A DNA stretch of 64,000 nucleotides from Candidatus Latescibacterota bacterium (GTDB lineage Bacteria; Latescibacterota; UBA2968; UBA8231): assembly GCA_965206595.1 (NCBI GenBank), contig OZ242214.1, forward strand, positions 6,560,001 through 6,624,000, given 5' to 3'. The position numbers and the translations under genes were made by a program. Shown here piece by piece: positions 1 through 9,042 of the stretch. Each line of letters opens with the position of its first letter. Within the stretch, counting starts at the first letter, position 1. The notes under the pieces are model-generated. The model did no database searches. It was not told where the DNA came from and worked only from the letters and a program-made list of their open reading frames with translations.

Positions 1-1
1 C

Positions 2-361
2 GAAGCGGCTTACGACGACAGCGAGGGTGTGACGGCCCGCTTCAACAAAAACATCCTGGGCCGGATCAACCGCGATCTCGGGGGGCGCTTTGCCCTCGAG
101 CGCTTCCGCCACCGCGCCGTCTGGGACGAACGGCTCGGGCGCGTCGAGATGCACATCGAGAGCGCCGGCGCCCAGACGGTCCCCATAGAGGAGCTGGGGC
201 TCGAGATCCGGTTCGCCGACGGCGAGACCATCCACACCGAGAACTCCTACAAATATTCCACCGCCGAGATCGAAGCCCTGGCCGCGGCCGCGGGGATGAC
301 CCTCGAGCGCCAGTGGTTCGACCCGGGGCGCCGCTTCAGCGTCAACCTCTTTCGCCCCTGA
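2..361 (+). CDS. egtD: L-histidine N-alpha-methyltransferase (hercynine synthase), C-terminal part; 5' end outside window
   Basis: Reads EAAYDDSEGVTARFNKNIL...RVEMH...GETIHTENSYKY, the conserved C-terminal motifs of the EgtD/Methyltransf_33 family; lies near senA/senB. Confidence 0.88.
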   Translation, partial: EAAYDDSEGVTARFNKNILGRINRDLGGRFALERFRHRAVWDERLGRVEMHIESAGAQTVPIEELGLEIRFADGETIHTENSYKYSTAEIEALAAAAGMTLERQWFDPGRRFSVNLFRP

Positions 362-369
362 CCAACCCG

Positions 370-453
370 ATGGGTCTCGTCCTCGTCACCTACAACCGCG
401 GCCACTACCCGATGGACGACATCTCCCTGTACGAGCCCATGCCGCCGGTATGA
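370..453 (+). pseudogene. Possible remnant of the C-terminus of a PIN/VapC toxin
   Basis: MGLVLVTYNRGHYPMDDISLYEP resembles the VapC end motif 'L.LVT.N.KHYP/F'; no N-terminal PIN portion present. Confidence 0.4.
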
Positions 454-547
454 AGCCTTCCCGCAGGCATGGCGCTCATCCCGGCCTCGACAATTCGATC
501 CGCACTGCACGCGCTCCATTGCGAGCGACCCATCCAGGAGCTGCGCC

Positions 548-2986
548 ATGATCGTTTCCATCGCCTGTCTGCTGACCCTCGTATTCCTCACCTCGCCCGG
601 CCGGGGGCAGCAGGAATTCCCCCCGCAACAAACCCTTTCCCCGTTCTTCTTCGTCGAAACCGACGATCCCGACCTCGACCAGCTTCCCCTGAAGTCGGTT
701 GCCGCCACGGTGGCGATCGCCGGGGTCATCGCCGACGTCAGGATCCGCCAGGAGTACGCCAACGAAGGGGAACGGCCCCTCGAGGCCACCTACATATTCC
801 CCGCCTCCACCCAGGCCGCGGTGTACGGAATGGAGATGACCATCGGCGACCGCATCATAACCGCCGAGATACGAGAACGGGAGCAGGCGCGCCAGGAGTA
901 CGAAGAGGCGGTCGAAGAGGGCCGCACCGCCTCCCTCCTCGAGCAGCAGCGGCCCAACGTCTTCCAGATGACCGTGGGCAACATCCTGCCGGGAGACACC
1001 ATCTTCGTCGAGCTGAGCTACACCGAAACCCTCGTGCCGACCGCAGGGGAGTACGAGTTCGTGTATCCGACCGTGGTCGGACCGCGGTACTCGGAGACCC
1101 CCCTGGCGGAGGCCGATTCCAGGGATCTGTTCGTGGCGACGCCCTACACCCATGAAGGGGAGCCGGCCACCTACGGTTTCGACATCGACGTCGAGTTGAC
1201 CACCGGGGTGCCGATCCAGGCCCTGTACTCGATCTCCCACGAGGTCGACGTCTCCTATCCGGAGGCCGGCCGGGCGCGGGTCGGGCTGCTCGAGTCGGAC
1301 CAGTCCGGCGGCAACCGGGACTACATCCTGCGCTACAGCTTGGCGGGCGACCGGATCGAAGCCGGCCTGCTGCTCTACGAGGGGAAGGGCGCAAGCTTCC
1401 TGGACGAAAACTTCTTCCTGTTCATGGGCCAGCCGCCGGAGCGCGTCTCCGAGGAGGAGATACCCCCGCGGGAGTACATCTTCGTCGTCGACGTTTCCGG
1501 GTCGATGAGCGGCTATCCGCTCAATGTGTCGAAGGCGCTGCTGAGGGACCTGATCGAGCCGCTTCGTCCGACCGACCACTTCAACGTGCTGCTGTTCGCC
1601 GGGGTTTCCAACCTGATGTCGGAACAGTCTCTTCCGGCATCGACCGAGAACATAGAGCTGGCCCTCGAGTTCATCGATGCCAGCGAGGGAGGGGGCGGCA
1701 CCCGGCTCGGGACGGCCCTCGAGCGCGCCATGCAGCTGCCGAGAACGAGCGAGAAGACCTCCCGCTCGATCGTGATCGCCACCGACGGGAAAATCTCCGC
1801 GGAGGCGGCAGTATTCGACCTGATCAGGGACAATCTCGGGGAAGCGAACGTCTTCGCCTTCGGCATCGGCACGAGCGTCAACCGCTTCCTGATCGAGGGA
1901 ATCGCGCGCGTCGGATTCGGCGAGCCGTTCGTCGTCACCCGGGAGGATGAGGCCGAAGAGACGGCCGCCCGGTTCCGCGAGTACATCGGCACGCCGGTCC
2001 TCTCGGGAGCGACCTTCGCGGCCGAGGGTTTCGACATCTACGAGGTGGAGCCGGCCGTCATCCCGGACCTGCTGGCGCAGCGGCCCGTTCTGGTCTACGG
2101 GAAATGGCAGGGGGAACGGCAGGGCACCCTGTCGCTGCGGGGTCATACGGGGCAGGGGGAGTACGCCTTCGAAATCGACGTCTCGCAAGAGACCCCGGAC
2201 GAGTCCAACGCGGCGCTCCGCTATCTCTGGGCCCGCCGGCTCATCGCCACCCTGGGGGACTACGCGGGGCTGGTGAACGGTGACGAGTTTTTGCGGGTGC
2301 AAAGCCACATCATGGAGCTGGGTCTGACCTACAATCTTCTCACCGCCTATACCTCTTTCGTCGCGGTGGACCGGGTCGTGCGCACCGACGGCACCGAGCT
2401 GTCGAGGGTGGTACAGCCGCTGGTCCTGCCCCAGGGGGTCTCGGACGAAGCGGTTGGCGATGGAAGTTCCCCCTCGGCAGTCGAAGAACAGCTCGCGAGC
2501 GCCTCCTGGTTGGGCAGGCAGTTCTACTTGAGCGGCGGCGTCTGGATCGACTCCGAGTACACCTTCGGGGACCCGGTCGTCGAGTACGACACGGTGCGGT
2601 CTCCGCCGGCCGAGCTTAAGCCGTTTGCCGCCCTTCAGCAGGAAATGATCGTGGTGGCGGAAGAACGAGCCTATCGGCTGCGGGCGCCGGCGCTGCCAGT
2701 GGCTGCCGTACTGTATCAGAACGTGCCCAATCCGTTCAATGCCGGGACCACCATCCGCTTCGACGTCCTCGGCAGTCATGGGGGCCGGCCGCTGCATCTG
2801 GAGATCTTCGATCTGTCAGGGCGGAGGGTGAAGCTGCTGACCTGGGAGGGCCTCGGCCCCGGCGGGCACGCCTTCACCTGGGACGGCAGGGACGAACAGG
2901 GGCGCGAGGCGGCGAGCGGCGTCTACCTCTACCGCCTTTCCAGCGCCGGCTTCATGTCGATGCGGAAGATGCTGCTGCTGAGATAG
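548..2986 (+). CDS. Secreted VIT + vWA domain protein with C-terminal FlgD-Ig/sorting-type domain
   Basis: Signal peptide; VIT motifs (EATYIFP, LLEQQRPNVF); MIDAS DVSGSM; C-terminal QNVPNPFN...WDGRDEQG...SGVYLYRL...RKMLLLR. Confidence 0.9.
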   Translation: MIVSIACLLTLVFLTSPGRGQQEFPPQQTLSPFFFVETDDPDLDQLPLKSVAATVAIAGVIADVRIRQEYANEGERPLEATYIFPASTQAAVYGMEMTIGDRIITAEIREREQARQEYEEAVEEGRTASLLEQQRPNVFQMTVGNILPGDTIFVELSYTETLVPTAGEYEFVYPTVVGPRYSETPLAEADSRDLFVATPYTHEGEPATYGFDIDVELTTGVPIQALYSISHEVDVSYPEAGRARVGLLESDQSGGNRDYILRYSLAGDRIEAGLLLYEGKGASFLDENFFLFMGQPPERVSEEEIPPREYIFVVDVSGSMSGYPLNVSKALLRDLIEPLRPTDHFNVLLFAGVSNLMSEQSLPASTENIELALEFIDASEGGGGTRLGTALERAMQLPRTSEKTSRSIVIATDGKISAEAAVFDLIRDNLGEANVFAFGIGTSVNRFLIEGIARVGFGEPFVVTREDEAEETAARFREYIGTPVLSGATFAAEGFDIYEVEPAVIPDLLAQRPVLVYGKWQGERQGTLSLRGHTGQGEYAFEIDVSQETPDESNAALRYLWARRLIATLGDYAGLVNGDEFLRVQSHIMELGLTYNLLTAYTSFVAVDRVVRTDGTELSRVVQPLVLPQGVSDEAVGDGSSPSAVEEQLASASWLGRQFYLSGGVWIDSEYTFGDPVVEYDTVRSPPAELKPFAALQQEMIVVAEERAYRLRAPALPVAAVLYQNVPNPFNAGTTIRFDVLGSHGGRPLHLEIFDLSGRRVKLLTWEGLGPGGHAFTWDGRDEQGREAASGVYLYRLSSAGFMSMRKMLLLR

Positions 2987-3184
2987 GAGAGATGCCGGGG
3001 GCTGCGCCCCTCTTGCCGCAGCTCCCGGCATCCGGGCAGGCTGCCCCTGGACTTCGGCGACCGGCAGGAGTCCTGGGCTGCAACCGGATGCAGGTCGGCG
3101 ATCCGGCAGGAACTCCTGGAGCGATGCCGCCCTTTCTGCGGGCGATCCGGATTCCTGGACCCGGTCTGCGCCCCCCGCGACCGC

Positions 3185-4684
3185 CTACCGCTGGTAGGTG
3201 AACACCGCCCCGGTGCTCACCCGCAGCCGCCTCCTGATCCGCTGCGAAATCGTGTCGATGCCGATGTTCAGCACCGCGGTTACCAGGATCAGGAACACCG
3301 CCTTGTCGAGCTTGTCGTCGGCGATGGCGCTGTCGATGAAGAACCCGAGGGTCGAGATCCCGAGAATCCCGAGGATGGCCGACTCCCGCATCATCACCTC
3401 CCAGCGGTAGAACAGGAAGGCCATGAACTGCCCGTACACCCGCGGCAGGACCTCGAACAGGTAGCGGTTCGCCCGCTTCCTGGCCGCGTCGATCTCGAGC
3501 TTCACGAGGTTGGCGTTCTGGCCGGTGAGGTGCGACAGGATGGCGCCGTTGTGCAGGGTGATGGCGAGGATCGCAGGCAGCATCGACGGGCCCCATAGCT
3601 GCAGGAAGACGTAGGCGAGGATGTACTCCGGGGTCGTCCTCATGACGATGAGGAAGTAGTTGGCCAGCCCCCGCCAAACCCTGGTCCTGACGAAATGGCG
3701 GCAGATGCCGCCGAAGAAGACGAGGGTGAACAGCCCGGTCCCCACCAGCACCACCTGCGTCAGCAGCACCGTGTTCCAGACCCCGGGCAGGGCTTCCTGC
3801 GACAGGATTTCCAGGGCCCAGTCCCAGACCCTGCCCGCGGGGAACGAGATCTCGCCACTGCCGTCGAGGAACCCCTCGCGCCGCATCGGCCAGGGCAGGA
3901 TCTCCCAGGTCGCGAAGCGGGCGATGTTCTGCCAGGAGAGGTGGATCTCGGTCGAGATCAGGGCGAACGAGGCCGCAACGCAGGCGATCGCGACCTTCGG
4001 CTTCAGCCAGTAGCGCAGCGAGGCGATAAGCAGGTAGAAGGCGTAGAGGAGGGCCGGGGCCTCGCTGTAGAGCCCTTCGCGGAAGGCGGTCTCGAGGTGG
4101 AACCCCAAAGTCGGCAGGCCGATGAACCCGAGGATGGCGCTCGAGCGCAGGGCGCACTCGAACCGGTACGAGGTGTAGTGCCTGACGTCGGCGTAGATGA
4201 CCGGCAGCACCCCGTAGAAGAACCTGCTCAGCCTCGGGGTGTGCAGCGGCAGGCCCTTCAGCGGCGTCTGGTCCGCCTCCTGCATGATCTCGGCGAACAC
4301 CTTGGCGAAGATGCCGGCGTAGGGAATGCCGATGGCCAGCACCCCGCACACCGGGTTGAGGCCGACGACCGGCAGGAACAGGAAGGCCCAGAAGATCTCG
4401 TGGATCGCCCGGATGAAGGCGCAGAACAGCCTCACCGCGGTGAACTGGAAGAAGAGGGCCAGGACGCTGCCGAGGGCGAGGCCGAGGGAAATGCCGCAGA
4501 AGGCGAAGGTGACGGTGTTGAGCAGGGCCTCGCGGAAGGTGTAGAGAACCGGCAGGTCGGGGGTGAGGAAACCCAGGCCGATCCGTTGCAGCTCCCGCCA
4601 GGGATCGAGGGTGGTGACCTCCAGGTCGGCCAGGACCAGGCAGGCCAGGGCGACGCCGACAAACTGCAGACTCGTTCGCAGCAT
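3185..4684 (-). CDS. PhnE/PtxC-like ABC permease with two fused TM domains (putative selenate transporter)
   Basis: Two repeated PhnE-like modules (RAIHEIFWA...YRFECALRSSAILG; RTTPEYILA...YRWEVMMRESAILG); operon context. Confidence 0.85.
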   Translation of the reverse strand: MLRTSLQFVGVALACLVLADLEVTTLDPWRELQRIGLGFLTPDLPVLYTFREALLNTVTFAFCGISLGLALGSVLALFFQFTAVRLFCAFIRAIHEIFWAFLFLPVVGLNPVCGVLAIGIPYAGIFAKVFAEIMQEADQTPLKGLPLHTPRLSRFFYGVLPVIYADVRHYTSYRFECALRSSAILGFIGLPTLGFHLETAFREGLYSEAPALLYAFYLLIASLRYWLKPKVAIACVAASFALISTEIHLSWQNIARFATWEILPWPMRREGFLDGSGEISFPAGRVWDWALEILSQEALPGVWNTVLLTQVVLVGTGLFTLVFFGGICRHFVRTRVWRGLANYFLIVMRTTPEYILAYVFLQLWGPSMLPAILAITLHNGAILSHLTGQNANLVKLEIDAARKRANRYLFEVLPRVYGQFMAFLFYRWEVMMRESAILGILGISTLGFFIDSAIADDKLDKAVFLILVTAVLNIGIDTISQRIRRRLRVSTGAVFTYQR

Positions 4685-4696
4685 CCGGCGCCGTCT

Positions 4697-5380
4697 CTAC
4701 GAAAGTTCCGGCGGCAGAGCTGCGCTTGCCTCGCTGCGGTAGAGGTCGGCGAGGATCCCCTCGTCGACGTCGGCGGCCGCCAGGTCGAAGGCGAGGCCGC
4801 CTTCCCGCAGTCCGACGATGCGCGGGAAGTGGGCGAGCGCCAGGTTGACGTCGTGCATGGCGAGGACGACGGTGGCGGAGCTGTCGCGGATCAGTTGCAG
4901 CACGGTGCCGGCCTGCAGCGGATCGATGGCCGAAACCGGCTCGTCGCCGAGGATGACGTCGCAGCCGCGGTACACGGCGCGGCCGACTGCGACCCGCTGC
5001 TGCTGCCCTCCCGAGAGGTTGCTGACCCGCTCGAACATCTTCTCCTCCATGCCGAGGGCGGCGAAAATCGGCCGGATCTCGTCGATTTCGCCGCGCCCCG
5101 GGCGGATGAGGTTCAGCAGGTTCCTGGTGGTGGGGCGCTGGTCGAGGCGGCCGATGTAGACGTTGTGAAACGCCGACAGCTGCGGCACCAGGGCGTAGTC
5201 CTGGTGGATGAAGGCGCACTGCTGCTGGCGCAGCTCGTACAGCTTCTTCAGCAGCGTCGTCTTGCCGACGCCGCTGGGGCCGATGACGACCACCTTCTCC
5301 CCGGCGCCGATGCGCAGGGAGACGCCGGCCAGGACCGGGGTGTCCTCGTAGGCAACGCTCAGGTCTTCGAGATCGTACAC
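4697..5380 (-). CDS. PhnC-like ABC ATP-binding protein
   Basis: Walker A GPSGVGKT, signature LSGGQQQRV, Walker B ILGDEP. Confidence 0.9.
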   Translation of the reverse strand: MYDLEDLSVAYEDTPVLAGVSLRIGAGEKVVVIGPSGVGKTTLLKKLYELRQQQCAFIHQDYALVPQLSAFHNVYIGRLDQRPTTRNLLNLIRPGRGEIDEIRPIFAALGMEEKMFERVSNLSGGQQQRVAVGRAVYRGCDVILGDEPVSAIDPLQAGTVLQLIRDSSATVVLAMHDVNLALAHFPRIVGLREGGLAFDLAAADVDEGILADLYRSEASAALPPELS

Positions 5381-5412
5381 GGGTCAGGGCGCCGCCGCCG
5401 GGATGGCCCGGC

Positions 5413-6273
5413 TCATTGCTCGAAGATGCCGATGGCGGTCCCGGTCTCGAGTATGGGGCCGTACATCGAGTTGTCCGCGGCGATGAAGCGGGTGCGCGGG
5501 AACTGGTCGAGGATCTCGCGGTCGTCGAGCGCCAGCAGGGCGTCCTTTACCTTGGCGATGAAGCCCTCGCCGTACTTCTCCTCGACGTCGCCGCGGATCG
5601 ACCAGTTGTAGTCCGGGTAGGCCGGGGTGCGCCAGATGACGCTCACCCTGGTCGAGTCGACGTTGCCGGCCGCCTTCTCCTTGTCGAAGACCTTGAAATT
5701 CAGGGCCCCGACCTCGTAGCTGCCGGACTGCACCAGGGCGAGGGTCTTGGAGTGGTCGCCGCTGAAGCCGACGCGCTTGAAGACCTCGTCGGGCGCCTTC
5801 CCGAAATGCTGCCTGAGGTAGAACTCCGGCATCAGGCGGCCCGACGTCGACCCCTTGGAACCGAAGGTGAAGGTGCGGCCCGCGATCGCCGCGGGGAACT
5901 CCTCTCCCGGCTCGATGCCGGTGCTGGCGTTGGCGATGAAGTAGGTGACGAACTGCAGATCCTCCTCACCCTGGGCGATCGCCTGCGACCCGGGCACGGC
6001 GCGCCGCGCCTTGACGCCGGACAGGCCCCCGAACCAGGCGAGCTGCACCTCGTCGTTCTTGAAGGCGTTCACCGAGGCCGCGTACGACTTGACCGGTATG
6101 TACTCGACGTCGATGCCCAGCTTGCCCGACAGGTATCCGGCGACGCGGTCGAAGCGCTCCTTGAGGCGGGCAGTGTTCTGATCTGGAATCGCGGTGAAGC
6201 GGAACATGTCCGCGGCCGACGCCTGGCTCGCCAGGACCATGGCCAGGACAAAGCAGATCCTACGCAGTTTCAA
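5413..6273 (-). CDS. PhnD-family substrate-binding protein, putative selenate ABC transporter type
   Basis: FTAIPDQ, AWFGGLSGV, FTFGSKGSTSGRLMP, FSGDHS motifs; TTG start at 6273 after AGGAGG; signal peptide; directly downstream of selD. Confidence 0.85.
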   Translation of the reverse strand: MKLRRICFVLAMVLASQASAADMFRFTAIPDQNTARLKERFDRVAGYLSGKLGIDVEYIPVKSYAASVNAFKNDEVQLAWFGGLSGVKARRAVPGSQAIAQGEEDLQFVTYFIANASTGIEPGEEFPAAIAGRTFTFGSKGSTSGRLMPEFYLRQHFGKAPDEVFKRVGFSGDHSKTLALVQSGSYEVGALNFKVFDKEKAAGNVDSTRVSVIWRTPAYPDYNWSIRGDVEEKYGEGFIAKVKDALLALDDREILDQFPRTRFIAADNSMYGPILETGTAIGIFEQ

Positions 6274-6352
6274 TCTCGTCCTCCTTTTAAACGCGGATGA
6301 TGTGGATCGGATATGGATTTTGTATGGGGAAACGGTCCGGACCAACGGTCCG

Positions 6353-7408
6353 CTACTGGAACTTCAGGTAATGCGGCGGCGACAGGCCGACGGCGCGGCC
6401 GACGATGCAGGCCGCCTCCACGCCGGCCTGCTGCAGGGCTTCGACCGCGGCCGCGGCCTGGGCCCCGGGAACCGCGGCGAACAGGCCGCCGCTGGTCTGC
6501 GGGTCGACCAGGATCTCGCCCTGCCTGTTCGGCAGCTCCTTCTCGTACAGGGCGGCTTCCCCGACCTGCGCCCGGTTCCCGGCGTTGGCCCCGGTGGTGA
6601 CGCCGCGCTCGTACATCTCCAGCGCTTCCGGCAGTACCGGCACCGAGTCGACTTCGATTTCGATGGTAACCCCGGAGCCTTTGGCCATCTCGAGGGCGTG
6701 CCCGGCGAGCCCGAAGCCGGTGATGTCGGTCGCCGCGTGCACGTCGAACCGGGCCAGGGTCTCGGCCGCGGCCCTGTTGAGATCGGTCAGCACTGCCAGG
6801 GTCCGCTCCAGGGCTTCCCGGGAAAGCAGGCCTTTCAGGTTGGCGTTGAAGATCACGCCGCTGCCGATCGGCTTGGTCAGGATCAGCGCGTCCCCGGGAC
6901 GGGCCCCGGCGTTGCGCCAGTACCTGTCAGGGTGCACGACCCCGGTGACCGAGAGCCCGAACTTCGGCTCGTCGTCGTTCGTGGTGTGGCCCCCGGCCAG
7001 CACCGCCCCCGCCTCGGTGATCTTGCTCAGAGCCCCTTCGACGATGCCGTGCAGCACCTCGGGGCCGAGGTCCTCCTCGGGAAACCCGATCAGGTTGAGG
7101 CAGGCCACCGGCCGCCCCCCCATGGCGTAGACGTCGCTCAGGGAGTTGGCGGCGCCGATCTGGCCGAAGGTGAACGGGTCGTCGACCGGCGGCGTGATGA
7201 AGTCCGCGGTGACGACGATGGCGGTGTCGTCGCCGAGGCGGTAGACGCCGGCGTCGTCGCTGGTCTCGAATCCGACCAGCAGGTTCGGGTCCGACTTGCG
7301 CGGCAGGCCGGCCAACAGTTTCTCGAGCCCGACCGGGCTCGCCTTGGCCGCTCACCCGCAGGTCTTGGCGAGACTCGTCAGGGTCTTCTCTTTTGATTGC
7401 AGCGCCAT
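6353..7408 (-). CDS. selD: Selenide, water dikinase (selenophosphate synthetase; SenC role), selenocysteine-containing, 351 aa
   Basis: ATG at 7408 gives MALQSKEKTLTSLAKTCG-(TGA 7354-7352)-AAKASP, in frame with the 320-aa ORF (DDAGVY, DFITP, ANSLSDVYAMGG, GGHT, TDITGFGLAGH, DPQTSGGL). The TGA sits at the catalytic GU/CxxK position. Confidence 0.95.
7324..7341 (-). promoter_or_regulatory. SECIS-like hairpin of selD
   Basis: On the mRNA CGAGCCC-GGUC-GGGCUCG: perfect 7-bp stem; G-led loop begins 17 nt after the UGA. Confidence 0.75.
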
Positions 7409-7479
7409 GGGAATCCGTCGATTCGTCGATGTGGGCTCTATTCGGTGCGGGCGACAACTTATTCAGGTCCCCGCCCCGA

Positions 7480-7517
7480 GGCAACGCGGTTGCCCCGAGC
7501 CGGGGACTGACTACACT
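7480..7517 (+). promoter_or_regulatory. Putative senA promoter with inverted repeat in the selD/senA divergent region
   Basis: TTGCCC (7490-7495)-16 nt-TACACT (7512-7517); inverted repeat GGCAAC-GCG-GTTGCC (7480-7494) overlaps the -35. Confidence 0.35.
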
Positions 7518-7574
7518 CAGGGAGCATCGGGAATCGCCTGACCCCGCAACAGGAACAGCAACAGGGAAGGAAAC

Positions 7575-8882
7575 ATGTCCGTCCGACAACTGGCGTCCCC
7601 CGAAGAGCTCGCCGATTGGGTAAGAGACGCCAGGGAGCGCACCTTCGAGCTCGTCGCCGATCTCAGCGACGGGCAGCTGATGGGCCCGGAGCTCTCCACC
7701 GTCAACCCCGGCCTCTGGGAGATGGGGCACCACGCCTGGTTTCAGTCGCTGTGGGCGCTCCGGCACGCCTGCGGCGAGCGCCCCGTCCGCGAGGACGAGG
7801 ACGCCCTCTACGACTCGATGGAAATCGCCCACGACACGCGCTGGGGTCTGCCGCTGCCCTCGCGCGAAGAGACCCTCGAGTACATGCGCGAGGTCCGCGA
7901 CCGCCTGTTGCGGCACCTCGCAGGCGACCCTTCGGAAGAACTGCTGTACCACGCCCTCTACAGCACCCTGCACGAGGACATGCACACCGAGGCCTTCACG
8001 TACACCCGCCAGACCCACGGCTACCCGCGGCCAGGGCTGACCGGCTTCGACGGGACCGGGACCCCGGGGGGCGGCCCCCTGCCGGGGGACGTCGAGATCC
8101 CTGGGGGCTCCTTCATGCTCGGGTCGACGCCGGAGGAGCCGTTCGTGTTCGACAACGAGAAGTGGGTGTTCGCGGTGGAGCTCGAGGCCTTCCGCATCGC
8201 CCGCGCCTGCGTCACCCAGGCGGAGTACGCCGCCTTCGTCGACGACGGCGGCTACGGAAGGCGGGAGCACTGGTGCGGCGAAGGCTGGGAGTGGCTGCAG
8301 CAAAGCAACGCCGCCGGCCACCGCTACTTTCGCCGGGCAGGCCGCGGATGGGAGCGCCGGCACTTCGATTCCTGGGTAGCGCTCGAGCCGGACAAGGCCG
8401 TCATCCACGTCAACTGGTTCGAAGCGGACGCGTACTGCCGCTGGGCCGGCAGGCGCCTGCCGGCCGAAGCGGAGTGGGAGGCCGCGGCCACTACAGAGCC
8501 CGGACCGCGCGGTCTCGGTAACGGCGCGGCCAAGCGCCGCTATCCCTGGGGCGACCGCCCGCCGGCGCCCGACCTGGCCAACCTAGACTGGCGCGGCATG
8601 GGGACCGTCGACGTCGGCGCCTACCCAGCCGGCGACAGCGCCCACGGCTGCCGCCAGATGATCGGCAACGTCTGGGAATGGACGAGCTCCGATTTCCAGC
8701 CCTTCCCCGGATTCACTCCGGATCCGTACAAGGATTACTCCGAGCCCTGGTTCGGCACCCGCAAGGTGATGCGCGGCGGCGGCTGGGCGACGCGCTCGCG
8801 GCTGATCCGCAGCAACTACCGCAACTTCCAGACCCCGGACCGCGGCGACGTCCTCACCGGGTTCCGCACGTGCGCCCTGTGA
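7575..8882 (+). CDS. senA: Selenoneine synthase (EgtB-like DinB + FGE-sulfatase domain)
   Basis: NPGLWEMGH and HEDMHTEAFTYTRQT iron-binding motifs; FGE domain (RLPAEAEWE, GNVWEW, YSEPWF, GFRTC); between selD and senB. Confidence 0.88.
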   Translation: MSVRQLASPEELADWVRDARERTFELVADLSDGQLMGPELSTVNPGLWEMGHHAWFQSLWALRHACGERPVREDEDALYDSMEIAHDTRWGLPLPSREETLEYMREVRDRLLRHLAGDPSEELLYHALYSTLHEDMHTEAFTYTRQTHGYPRPGLTGFDGTGTPGGGPLPGDVEIPGGSFMLGSTPEEPFVFDNEKWVFAVELEAFRIARACVTQAEYAAFVDDGGYGRREHWCGEGWEWLQQSNAAGHRYFRRAGRGWERRHFDSWVALEPDKAVIHVNWFEADAYCRWAGRRLPAEAEWEAAATTEPGPRGLGNGAAKRRYPWGDRPPAPDLANLDWRGMGTVDVGAYPAGDSAHGCRQMIGNVWEWTSSDFQPFPGFTPDPYKDYSEPWFGTRKVMRGGGWATRSRLIRSNYRNFQTPDRGDVLTGFRTCAL

Positions 8883-9042
8883 CCGCGGCCCTGCTGCCCG
8901 GGGGAGGCGCAACCGGGAGTCCGGGCAGCCAGAGCAGCGCGGAGCGGCTACCTGGGTTCCCCGGATTCGCCACTCCCGGGAAGAGCGGCGGCCGCAAGCG
9001 GCGGGTGGCCCCGGGATTCCCCGGGCGCCGGGAGCGAACCCC

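Noticed and set aside
2992-3184. CCGGCAGGA-type short repeats and a 69-aa ORF in the convergent intergenic region
   Set aside because: Repeats are short and irregular with no constant spacers; the ORF is Pro/Gly/Ala-rich with no RBS or motif
3185-6273. Phosphonate transporter phnCDE
   Set aside because: No phn catabolic genes nearby; the binding-protein motifs and position behind selD fit the putative selenate subfamily better, so phn symbols were not assigned
7575-8882. Ergothioneine sulfoxide synthase egtB
   Set aside because: Flanked by selD and a SenB glycosyltransferase, with no egtA/C/E in the window; SenA is the better call
8883-9042. GC-rich CCCGGG repeats between senA and senB as a possible riboswitch or ncRNA
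   Set aside because: No recognisable conserved structure; can be explained by high GC
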